Assembly (NCBI GenBank): GCA_013265495.1
Contig: MU057887.1
Span: forward strand, 4,181,668-4,245,667
Direction: 5' to 3'
From: Vicugna vicugna
Lineage: Eukaryota
DNA length: 64,000 bases
Shown here: positions 27,950 to 39,566 of the stretch, one piece after another
Numbering within the stretch: position 1 is the stretch's first letter
Layout: each line of letters opens with the position of its first letter
Notes under the pieces: generated by a model
Seen by the model: the letters and a program-made list of their open reading frames with translations, nothing else
Told to the model about the DNA's origin: nothing
Databases searched by the model: none
Translations under genes and position numbers: made by a program

Positions 27950-30900
27950 TCTGATTGCTGTAGCTGAATAAGAAAAACAAACTTCCAACAATATAATCTA
28001 AAACTCCTCTATTGCAAAACACTTGGAAATGCTGACGAAAATTTAGTAAGTGGAAACTAAAAGCACCTGAGTAAGCAAGTGTGATTTTAGGGACATTCTG
28101 AATACCAGGAACTTAAAGCTTTGGGTTTTAACGATGCTTAGGAGGCCAGAGATGGGGACTTGGGCCCAGGCAATATAAGAAGTTGGAATTGAGTCCCACA
28201 TAAAATCAGGATTTTAAAAGACCCATAATTTCAATGAAAGGCTAGAAACACTGGGGAAAAAAAAAACTGCTTTCCAGGAAAGAGAAATGAGAGATTTTAT
28301 AACAACCTTACCACAAGACAGAAATCAAACCTCCCTTCAGAATTCGTAAGTATAGACTTACCTTCAAATGGGAGTGGATTTTAAATATATACCACCTCAG
28401 TGGTTTGGAATTGAGTTGAAGTGGTTATAGCTTGGCAGCATTGGGGCACCTAGCAGAAGCAAATGCATATCACCTCTGGAGGAGTTCAGCCTCAACTCAA
28501 TTTCCCAGGTTCCCATAGACTGGATTAACCAAACCTGTGATCATAATCTAAAAATCACAAAACATGTAAGTATGCTAAAAATGGTCATAGAGATGAAAGA
28601 TGCAATTGGAAACCTGAACAAGGAATGAGAAACAACTAGAAAGCATCAGAAAAAAGAAAAAGGACAGAATCTGATAGATTTAAAAGGAACAAAATGTAAC
28701 TTAAGGAATGAAAAATAGAGTAATTGAAATTCCAATGGACAGGTTAATAGCAAACTAGACACAGTTGAGAATTACTAAACTAGAAGACGGGTCTGAAGAA
28801 ATTACCCAGAATACAAAATGGATAGACTAGGAGGGGTGAACATTTTACAGAAGTTAGAATGAGAAGGTCTGATATATTTTTAAAAAGTTTAATCTTAAAA
28901 CTTTTTCACAATTTACATTTTTAATTAAATATACTCACAATGTTGCAGAACCAACGGCACTATTCATTTCTAGAGCTTTTCCGTAATTCCAAACAGCAAC
29001 CCTGTGGCCATTAACAACCAGCACCTGTTCTCTCCTCCCCCCAGCCCTTGGTAACCTGTGTTCTGCTTTCTGTGTCTGTGAATTTGCCTATTCTAGGTAC
29101 CTCATACAAGTAGAGTCACATAATGTTTGTCCTTTTGTGAATGGCTTATTTCCCTTCACATGTTTTCAAGGGTCACCCTTGAGGTCCAACATATTTTTAA
29201 CAGAAGATACTAAGGAAATATCATATTTAAAAAGATAATAGCAGCGAAGTTTCTGATTCAATGAAAGACGTAACTCCTTAGGTTCAGAAGTCACAACAAA
29301 TCCCAAACAGGACAACTGAAACTAAAAAAAGACACCTAGGCACAACATGTTGAAATCGGATACTATCAAACACAAAGTCTTAAAAGTGACCAGAGAGAGC
29401 AGATTACCTAAAGAAAGAATAACAATTAAAAACAGCATTTATTTTGGTGGCAACAGTAGAACCCAGATGACAACAGAACAGCCAACTTAACATGTGGAGT
29501 GTAAATAATCATTAATCTAGAACTGTGTTCCTAGGGGAGCTAGTTGCCTATTCTGACATCCATCATGCCTTCTTCCTCTCAACAAAGCCCAGATTTTCTA
29601 GGGGGCAGTAATGTGCTCACCCAAGGAAGAACATTTTCTAGCTTTACTTGCAGCCAGACCTAGTTCTGGCCAATAGGATGTAAGCAGTTATTGGGTAAGA
29701 TATCAAAAATGTTCCTAAAGAGGGTTAGACACTTGTTCATAACGAAAAACTCTCTACGGACAAGGACTAGGAGGTAACTTCCTAAATCTAATAAAGGGTA
29801 TCTGCAAACAACCTTCAGATAACATTATACTTAGAGAAATATCAAGTATTTCCCCCATGACTGAGAGCAAAGCAAGAATGCCTGCTCCTACCACTGCTAT
29901 GTGACACTGCACTGGTGGGCCTAGCCACTGCAACAAGGCAAGAAAAACAAGAGGCATAAAAATTCAAAAGAAGAAAGTATTTTGCTATTTACTGATTACC
30001 TGATTATTTAGTAAAAAATCCTAAGTAACCTAAAAAATACTGCTAGAACTAAGTGAATTTAACACAATTATAGGCCACAAAATTTATACACAAAATTGGT
30101 TGCATTTTTGTACACTAGCAGTAAACAATTATAACATGAAATTTAAAAAAAGTTCATTTGCAATAATGTGAAATAACAAACTCCTCAGGAACAAATTTAA
30201 CAAAAACGTGTAAGAACACAACACTGAAAACATTAAGCCTTGCTGAGATAATTAAGGAAGACCAAAATAAATGAGGAGAAATGTCACATTCAAACATTAG
30301 AAGATCCAGTTTGGTTAAGATGTCCATTCTCTCTAAATATATTATAGACTCAATGTAATACCAATCAAATTCTCAGCGGGTTTTTAATTTTTGTAGAAAC
30401 TGACAAGCTGATTCTAAAACATACATACAGAAATAAAAATGACCTAGAATAGCTAACAAAATTTAAAAAGAACAAAGTTGCAGGACTTACACTATCTGAT
30501 TTCAAGATAATACAGAGTTATAGAAATTAAGATTGAATGGTATTGGGGAAAGTACATAAATATAGATTAAAGGAAAAGAATAGAGAATTCAGAAATAGAC
30601 CCACATATTATGTGGTCAACTGATTTTCAACAAATGTGCAAAGGCAATTCAGTGGGAAAGGGAAGCCTTTCCAAAAATGGTTTTGGGAGGTCCCTAAAAT
30701 AGTCCAATACGTAGAGACAGACAGTAGATAGTAGTTCCCAGGGGCTGGGGGAGGCGAGGTGGACAGTTACTGTTTAATGGGCACAGAGCTTCCAAACAGG
30801 ATGATGAGAAAGCTCTGGAGAAGTGGTGATGGCTGCACGATGTAAGTGTACTTAATGCCACAGAACTAGACACTTAAAATGGTTAACATAGTACATTTTA

Positions 30901-31740
30901 TGTTATACACATTGTACCACAGTAAAAAAATTTTTTTAAATAATCTAAAATGGCATGAAACAACAGGACACCCCAAAAGGGAAAATACAGACATCAACTT
31001 TTTCTTGACACCACAAACAAAAATTAACTTGAAAATAATCATAGAACTAAATGTAAAAGTTAAAACTACAACTTCTAGTGGAAAACACAGAAGGAAAGTT
31101 TTATGACCTTGTAGTAGGCAAAGATTTCTTAGATAAGACAAAGAATATAAATGATAAAAGAAAAAAAATCGATGGACTCTGTAATAATGAAAAGCTTTTG
31201 TTTTTTGAATGAAGCTGTTACAAAGGTGAAAGGCAAGCCACAAAATTAGAGAAATTTTGCAATACACACATTTTACCAAAAAATTTGTTCCCGTAATATA
31301 TGAAGAGCTCCTAAATTTCAATTAGGCAAATTTTAAAAAAATGGGCAATAGACTTGAACACACACTTCACGAAAGACATGTGAATAGCTAATAAGCACAT
31401 GAAAAGAGGCTTAATATTAGTCATTAGAGAAATGCAAATTTAAACACACAGAGATACCACTACACATCCACAAAAATGGCTAAAAATTAAAAAGCCAGGA
31501 AATACCAAGTGTTGGCAAGGATGTGGAAGAAGTAGACAAAGATGGAATGTAAAACGGTACTACCGTTCTGGAAAACTGCTTGCCAATGTCTTAAAAAGTT
31601 AACAAAAATACTCATAGCAGTTTTACTCATATTGTCCCAAACTAGAAACAACCCAAATATGCATATCAACAGATGAACTGATAAGAAAAATGTGGTATTT
31701 TCATAAAATGCAATACTACTGAGAACAGAAAGAAGGAACT
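27950..31740 (+). mobile_element. Ancient degraded L1 with nested L1 3' fragments (~28880-29180 reverse, ~30690-30940) and a MaLR-like piece (~29540-29730)
   Basis: A-rich strand with L1-like phrases (gaagaaattacccagaa, gacaagctgattctaaa, tcaactgattttcaacaaa, gagaaatgcaaatt); no long ORF. Confidence 0.75.
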
Positions 31741-32198
31741 GAGTGGGATTTACCCCTAGCAGGGCTTCTCTTCAGAGTGGTGGGTGGAGGCAGGCAGGTG
31801 GAAGGGGACTCTGGCAGAAAGCAGGCCAGGGATCCCTGTCACTGAGGAAGCTGAGGAGGAGGGGCTAGGAATTACCTTAAAAACAGTGAAGCCCCTCCCT
31901 GCACTGACAGCTCCACTGCTTCTCTGGCCCAGCGGTCTCTCCAGGCCCTCACCTCACTACATTTGGGGAGGGGAGCAGTTCTTTGACCCCACCTCACCTT
32001 AGCAGGGTCCCCCGTTGCCCGGCTACCCCCTGCCCCAGCAGTCTTCATGCCATTCTGGCTGTGCAGCCAGCTCTTCAGTTTTTGTTGTCTTTTCCATCTT
32101 CTGATCCATCTGCATCATGTCTCCCTGAGATTCCATTCACAATCCATGTGTCTGTCTTCCAGCACTAGGGTGGATTCATTATTTAAAAATACACATTG

Positions 32199-32319
32199 GA
32201 GGGAGGGTATAGCTCAGTGGTAGAGTGCGTGCCTAGCTTACCAAGGTCCTGGGTTCAATCCCCAGCACCATCATTAAAAATAAATAAATAAATAAAACCC
32301 TAATTTCCTCCCCCTCAAA
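32199..32319 (+). mobile_element. tRNA-derived SINE (camelid vic-1-like)
   Basis: A box tagctcagtgg, B box ggttcaatcc; TSD AAAAATACACATTG at 32185-32198 and 32320-32333 at a TT/AAAA site. Confidence 0.88.
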
Positions 32320-33599
32320 AAAAATACACATTGAAAAAAAAGGTTTCATAACAAGAAAAAAAATACACTTTGTTCTTTTTAACACTAATGTATTCTGCAC
32401 TTAAAAATGGTTAAGATGGTAAAATTTATGCTATGTATTTTTTTTTAATCGTAATAAAAAAAACTTCACGTAGTTCTTAAACTGTCAGTGATCTTTGGGA
32501 AGAAGGAGAGGTGAACACATGGGCAAAACTCCCAGTCTTGAACCAAAAGGTAAGGGGAAGACTAGATGTGAAATTAACCAGGCATGTATTTCTCCCTTTT
32601 AATTTCACTGTGAAAATAATACTTTAAGTCTAATGCTCTAAGAACATACAACAAAGCTCAGCCACCCTTAACACGGCTCTAAGTTTTGCCACCAAATGGG
32701 AATAACGTACATTAGAACTCACTCCTTTGGTTGAGAGGACAGAAACCAAATTTGAACCAGCTTTATGATTATAGTAAAAATGTGTTTACTATGTACCAGG
32801 CACATGGTGAGCATTTCACATCCATGTATCTCAACCAGCCTGCACAATGGCCCAGGGGGACAGGAGTCAGCGTGTCAGTCCCTGAAGGCAGGTGCCTGGC
32901 ATGGGGCCTGCACGAGGGCTACTATTGTCCCCAACTTCCAGAGCTCATGCGGAGACACAGGGAAGCTAGGCAGCTTTCCCAGGCCACCAGGGCATCTGGT
33001 AGTTGAGCAGGGAGTCCAATCCAGGCCAGCCCTTCCACCTCTCTTTTACATGGACTTTCAACCTAGAAGGGAAACTTACTGGCTCTTAAAACCAAATGCA
33101 AGAAAGGCAGATTTCGGGGACAAGCTGGGGCTCAGCCTCTTCAGATCCCTCCTTGTCTCTGGTATCTGCACTCCTCTCTGGGCTACTTTCTTCCCGAGGC
33201 TGGAGCCTGGGTCAGCAGTAGCTCCTGAGCTGCACTCGCCTGTGTATGCCAGGGGCAGAGAAAGAGAAGGTGCCAGAGCAGGGTTCTCACTGGCCCTGCT
33301 TGGGCCACAGCTCACTGCCATGTGTCAGACCCTGGTTCCTCCACTGACATGTGACTTTGGCAAGTTAAGCTACTTCTAGCTTGCTTTGTTTCCTCATCGG
33401 TTGAATAAGGACAAAGATGGTCTTGCTTAGGGATTTGGTGATGACTGAATGAGCTAGTACATGTCATACACTTAGACTGACATGCAGTGCTCAAAAACCT
33501 GGTGAGCATTCTATTTTCATAGTTCTTATTATATATTTCTTTTTCATTTAAATAATTTTCATAAAGCTTTGTGGTGGTCTCCCTGGTGCAGTCTCCCTA

Positions 33600-35850
33600 C
33601 GAAGTTGTAACCACTGCCTGTCCTGCACAATTTTGGAGTCTGAAGTATGCTGTTCTTTGTGGTCCTCAGGACCACCAAGCCAAGACAGATAACATACAAG
33701 GAGTCCTGGGCAGGCCACACTCCTCTGAGGGACATATTAAGGCTGCCCAGGATTTCCACAGAAATACAGGCCCAACTGAATTCATAACCCAAGTCACAAA
33801 ATTCTCACAGAAAGAATCCACCATGGATCAGTCGGTGAGCACCGCAAAGAGCAGGATTAGACCACCAAAAAGCTCCTACACAAAGAAACTATTGACTAGA
33901 ATTAAAAAATTTATATTTTTGAAATGATTAAAGACAGAAGAAATCTAAAAATGCATCAAATAAGAAAGAAAAAGACAATATAAAGAAAGAGCAAGCAGAT
34001 TTGATAATATACAAAATAAGGCTTGTAGAAATAAAATCTATGGTCATTGAAATTTAAAATCTATAGGAAAAAAGCCCTCTATGAATGGGATTAACAGCAG
34101 AGTCAACTCGAGCAGAATTAGTGAGACAGAAGTCAGAAATGGGAAAATTACCCAGAATGAAGCACATGGAAAGAAAAATCTTCAAAATATTGAAGAAAAA
34201 AAACTTGTCAATTTAGAATTCTGCACTGGCTAAATTATCATTCAAGAATGAGGGTGACACAAGATATTTCAAAGACAAAGAATTTGTCACTACCAGACGT
34301 TCATTAAAAAATTTTTTTCATAGTGTGTACCAGCAGGAAGAAGAAAATTCAAGCCAGAAGGAAAGTGAGTAAAGAGCTGGTTGACATGTGACTCAGTCTA
34401 AACATGGTTCACTGCTCTACAGAGCAGCAACAATATTTAAAATTCTTACTATACATGGAAGGAAGGTAGAGAGATTAATTAACTTCAGACTGTTAATCAT
34501 GCATGCTAAAAATCTAAGTGCATTTATGAAAATGATGTAACATGTCACTTCCAAAACAACGGGAGTTGTGGGAAAGGGAATGAAGATAACATGATAATCA
34601 AACGGAAGGACCAAAGGGAGAAAAGCAACACCAAGGAGGGAAAAGACCCCAAAACACACAATAAAGTGGGAAAGACACAACAACGCACAATAAGGTGGGA
34701 AAAACCAATTATAACATATCACTAATCACAATAAAACACCATTAAAGGTTGAAAATTCTGAGATTGGTTTTTATAAAAGTCTGGCTACAAATACTACTTA
34801 CCAGAAGCACACCTAAGAATACAGGATGAAGAAAGGATAAAAGGAAAGTGATGGAAAAAGGTATATGAGGTTAATACAAAAAAAAGTATTGTGGTTCTAT
34901 TAATTATTGAAAAATAAAGTTAAGGCAAAAGGCATCACTAGGGATAAAGAAGGGCACCACATAGTGATAACAGGAACACTTTATCAGGAAGCTATAGTGA
35001 TGCCAAACTTGCCAACATTAAAAACAAAGTCTGAAAAGACATGTAAACCCCATATTGGCAAATTTCATGGAGAAATGGCTAAAATGGGATTTTATCTCAC
35101 TCCTGTTAGTAATTTATAAATCAAGCAGATGGAACATTAGAAAGGGTGTAGAATATTTGAATAATACAAGTAATAAGGTCGATACAATGGAGATTACACA
35201 TCTCCTTGCATCCAGTAATTCCTATTGGACTATACATATGGCTATAAAGAAAGTCTTCATAAGATCCCACAGATCAGTATTATGCAGACCATCTTCCCTG
35301 ACCACAGTGCAATGAAATAATAAATCAGTAGCCAAAGGTTAGTCCTCCCTCCCCCAAAACCTAGTATACACTTGAAATTTTAAATAAGCATGCTTTTCAG
35401 CAATTCCTAAAGCAAACAATATAATTGATATTAGAAAATTCAAGAGATGAAATTAAAAATACTACTTATCAAGACTTACTGGACATAACTAAAATGGCAC
35501 TTGGAAATTTACAGCCTGAAATGCTCATTGTTGGAAAAGAGAAAGACTGAAAATTGAGTTAAGTATCCAGTTGAAGAAATAAGAAAAAGAATCTTAACAA
35601 CAACCAAAACAGTAGAGAGAAATAAACAGAATAAAACAAAATAGAAATAGAAATGATGAACAAAATGAAAAGTTGATTCTTTAGAAATATATTTGTGTTC
35701 CTAGAAATATACAACACATCAGACTCAGGTTGAAATAGAACCTAAATATACTGATAGATGTTAAAATAACTAGAAGCCATAAAAAAAAAACTATCCACAA
35801 AAATTATATGAGGTCCAGACGGCTTTACAGTCAACTGAACATTCAAGGAT
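33600..35850 (+). mobile_element. Ancient degraded L1 fragment
   Basis: A-rich, L1 ORF1/endonuclease-like remnants (agggataaagaagggcac, gaccacagtgcaatgaaa); no intact ORF. Confidence 0.65.
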
Positions 35851-38800
35851 TCTAATCCATGGAAACTGCTCTGGAGCTTGGAGAGGGTCTGACCTGAAGA
35901 GAGGACATTGGGGGTAAGCAGTCTGTATAGATAGAGGTTTGGCAGCTATGCCCTGAACATCTCCTTAGCTCCAGGTACTACCACTCCAGGGCCTTGGACA
36001 CACCAGTGACACCAAACTGGCAAAGCTCCCTCCCCACAGGGTGTCTACATTCCGGCTGGGAAAGACAGATCTTAAACAGTAAGCAGCAGGGAAGTAGATT
36101 ACAGGGTGTGTGGGAAGACACCAGCCACTGTGGAAGGGGGAGGGGCACCTGGGGAAGAATCTAGACTGGGAGAGAAGATGGGGCAGCCCACCCCCCTACA
36201 TTGTCAAAGAAACCAAGTAGGGGAGGATTCAGGGTGAGTGAGGTGAGACAGCAGAGAAGGCAGGCCTGCATGGTTTTCAGAAGGAAGTGCTGTGGGGCCA
36301 GGCCACTGCGGGCTGAGGCATGAGGAGGGGGAGGACTGGGATTTGGGTGAGGAAGTGGGCCCCGCCCCAGAGTGTAAACGGAGGCAGGGAGGGATGGTGT
36401 GGTGCAGGAGGGCCCCCAGGAGGGCCAGGAGGTGAGGCAGACAATGCACACTCAAGGGAGCTTCAGACCTTGTGGGTGTGGGGCACCAAGGGTGTCAGAG
36501 GGACTTTGTAGTGGCCGGTGGGCCTAGGGCTGCTGTGGGGTGGTAAGCAGGGGTCCATCCATTATGAGTTTGACTCTGCCAGGTGCTGTTTAGGTGCTTT
36601 GCCCACGTGAGCGCCCCCATGTGTCCGAACTGTGGGGAGGCGAGAACCACGGGTCTAATGGAAGGAAATGGGAGGCAGAAGGACCATGGCGCCTGGGCAG
36701 TCCTCACCTTCAAGGACAGGGACAGGAGAGCAGACGGGCTGGGCTGGAGATAAGAAGCCTGAGGGTCTTTTATTCTCAACAAAAGAAGGGGCAAAGACAC
36801 CCCTGTCCCTGGGCTTCCTGCTCTGTAAACCCACCACACTGCAGGGACAGGAGGACATCATGTGGGTTAGGTGCTTCTGGGTATTGCCAGGGTGGTGGTG
36901 GGGCCAGGGGAGTGGAGCGGGCTTGGAATTCATTCATACAAACCCATTCTTTGCGCCAGGCATTCTGTAGAACCAGTGCTGAGCAAGGGCTCCAGTGTTG
37001 GCCGACTAAGCTTGGAGACCAGGAGTGTGTTGGTCACTGATTGCAAAGATGTGAGGCTTTGTCCTGAAAGCTTGGCAGTCACAGTACTGGTCTCACTAAG
37101 GACAGTGGGCTGGTGAGGAGGCCTGGGGAGGCTGAAGGGGCCCCTATGAGGTTCAGACTGGGTGGACAGTTGGGCACCTGGCTATCCAGGCCAAGGGCAG
37201 GTTTGCAGAGAGAGCAGAGGCCTGGGCTGCTCTGAGCCTGGTTGTGGGGAGAGGTGCAGCCTCCTGCTCAGCCCCACTATGAATCAGGGACTCTGGTGAG
37301 CATGTCCATGGCCTTGCAGCCACAGTAGGAGGGGTGAGGGATGGCAGGGAGGGGCAGCTTTGAGTGATTCCAGGAGGGGAGAACAGGGGCAGGAAGATGG
37401 TGGAGACAGGATGGGGCCTGGAAGCACCAGTTTCCTCTCTCCAGGGCTGGGCCACAGGAAATCCAACCCTCATGCTTCCCAAGGTGCTTCCTGCAGATAA
37501 GGGGGCTTCCGACCGCCCTTTCCTGCTCCCCCCTTTCCCTACCCCTCCCATCCTGCTCCAGCCCCAGGGGACCCTGAGCTCTCCCACTCAGTCCAGGCCA
37601 GTGGCCTTGGGAAGAGCCTGGGGCAGGGTGGTGGTGGGGAGGTCTGGGCATCCTGGGGCCACACTTCTAGGCAGGAAGGGTCCGCCCAGGCTCGGGGAGA
37701 AAGCAGACCAGACCACAGACAGCGCTGGAGATTCGGCTCTTCGGGGTCAGTAAAGTCTTGGGAAGCAGAGATTTTTTTCCTGAAGGAGTGGTGGGTAGTG
37801 GAGGAGAGAGCCCAGGCTCCCTCAGGGGTCAGGACTGGTCCTGGGGAAGAGGACTCAGCTCTGGGGTCGACTAGAGGCTGTTCTGGGGGCAGAGGGGTGG
37901 TATTGTGGGCTTTGTGGTGGTCAAGGTGGCCCTGTGGTGGTGGGGTCTATGTGGGGCTCTGTGGGGAGGGGGCTGTTCTTGGAAGGGATGTCAAGCGTTG
38001 CTCAGTGACAGGTCAGGATATTTCCAAGTTGTCATGGGAAGGGGTAGGGAGATTTTCTGTGTGTGTGTTCATTCAAGTTTATTCCTGGGAGGCTCACGGG
38101 ACCCAGGGATGCTCTTGGAGAAACTGGGTGAAGATGGGGCCTTTTCTATCAGGGACCAGAAGGTGTCCCAATGCTGGGTTGTTCTGTGAAGGTTATCAAG
38201 GGTGTCTTGTGAGAGGGTGAGCGGCTCTGCGCTGGGGGTCAGGGCCTGTTCTTTGGGAAGGAGTCAGGCATGTTGGGGGAGTTTTGTGGGAGTCAGAAGC
38301 TGCTTCTTAGGAAACCAGGGATATTTCGACGTTTACGGGCTGCTATTTGCTTTCGGGGACCTTGGGGCACAGGGTTTCGCAGCACAGGGGTAGTTCTGCG
38401 AGGTTGATCAGTGTCGTGGGGCCTGGCGCGCTCCAACGGGGCGGCGGTGCCTAAGCTGGTCTCTTTACTGCGCTCCCCTCTCCTCCGCCCACTCATCACC
38501 CCCTCCCGCGTTGCCACGACAACGCGTAAAACTAAAATTCACTTCCCAGTCGCAGGTGGAGACTAGTAGCGCCCCCTCCCCTAAGCCCTTCCTCATGGGT
38601 CGCGCCCTCACACTGTCGTCGCTAAGGTGACTGGGAGGGGGTGACAGACGCTGCATCTAGGTGGACCAGAGGACCCGAAGAGGGGGGAGATGGAGAGGCG
38701 GGCTTCAGAGTCCGGAGCGAACTCCCCAAACTCGGCTAGGGGTGGGTGAGCCGCGCTAAACACTGTGTGGTCCTAAGGGTTAAGTCGAAGGGTTAATCGG

Positions 38801-39116
38801 CTCTGGCTGTGGGAGAGCCCCTGGCCTCTCCAGGTTTCCGAGTTCCCCACCGCCCCACTCCCAGGACTGGGTCAGGGTGGTCCCTGTCATCTCCGGGGGC
38901 CTTGAATGGGGTGGGGAGGGGAGGTCGGTAGAGTGAGGAGAAGCTACCACCCCCGGAAATTAATTCTCCTGTTTTTCTCTCCCTTTCCTGCCCTGCCCCT
39001 GGTCCCTGTGCCCAACACGGCCCCCACCCCCGCTCCAGGACCCCCTCCTCGCCGCTTCTTCCCCGGTGGTCCACGGATGCTCTTCCTCAGCCAAAGGGCG
39101 GTGCGGCCCTCCCCTC

Positions 39117-39413
39117 NNNNNNNNNNNNNNNNNNNNNNNNNNNNNNNNNNNNNNNNNNNNNNNNNNNNNNNNNNNNNNNNNNNNNNNNNNNNNNNNNNNN
39201 NNNNNNNNNNNNNNNNNNNNNNNNNNNNNNNNNNNNNNNNNNNNNNNNNNNNNNNNNNNNNNNNNNNNNNNNNNNNNNNNNNNNNNNNNNNNNNNNNNNN
39301 NNNNNNNNNNNNNNNNNNNNNNNNNNNNNNNNNNNNNNNNNNNNNNNNNNNNNNNNNNNNNNNNNNNNNNNNNNNNNNNNNNNNNNNNNNNNNNNNNNNN
39401 NNNNNNNNNNNNN
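39117..39413. other. Assembly gap (N run, 297 nt)
   Basis: Run of N inside the SHANK3 5' CpG island. Confidence 0.99.
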
Positions 39414-39503
39414 CCGGCGGGGGGACAGGGGGGGCCGGGGGGCCGCGCGGAGTCCCGGTGCGCCCCGCTCCTGGCCGCTCCCGGCCCCGGCCCCGGCGCG
39501 GGG

Positions 39504-39566
39504 ATGGACGGCCCCGGGGCCAGTGCCGTGGTCGTGCGCGTCGGCATCCCGGACCTGCAGCAGACG
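39504..39566 (+). CDS. SHANK3: SHANK3 exon 1 (classical start; frame open upstream into gap)
   Basis: gggATGg; MDGPGASAVVVRVGIPDLQQT |gtgagg. Confidence 0.93.

Noticed and set aside
32199..32270. tRNA gene call for the SINE heads (also 1458, 20324)
   Set aside because: Disrupted cloverleaf, shared non-tRNA tail, A-rich end and TSDs indicate SINEs.
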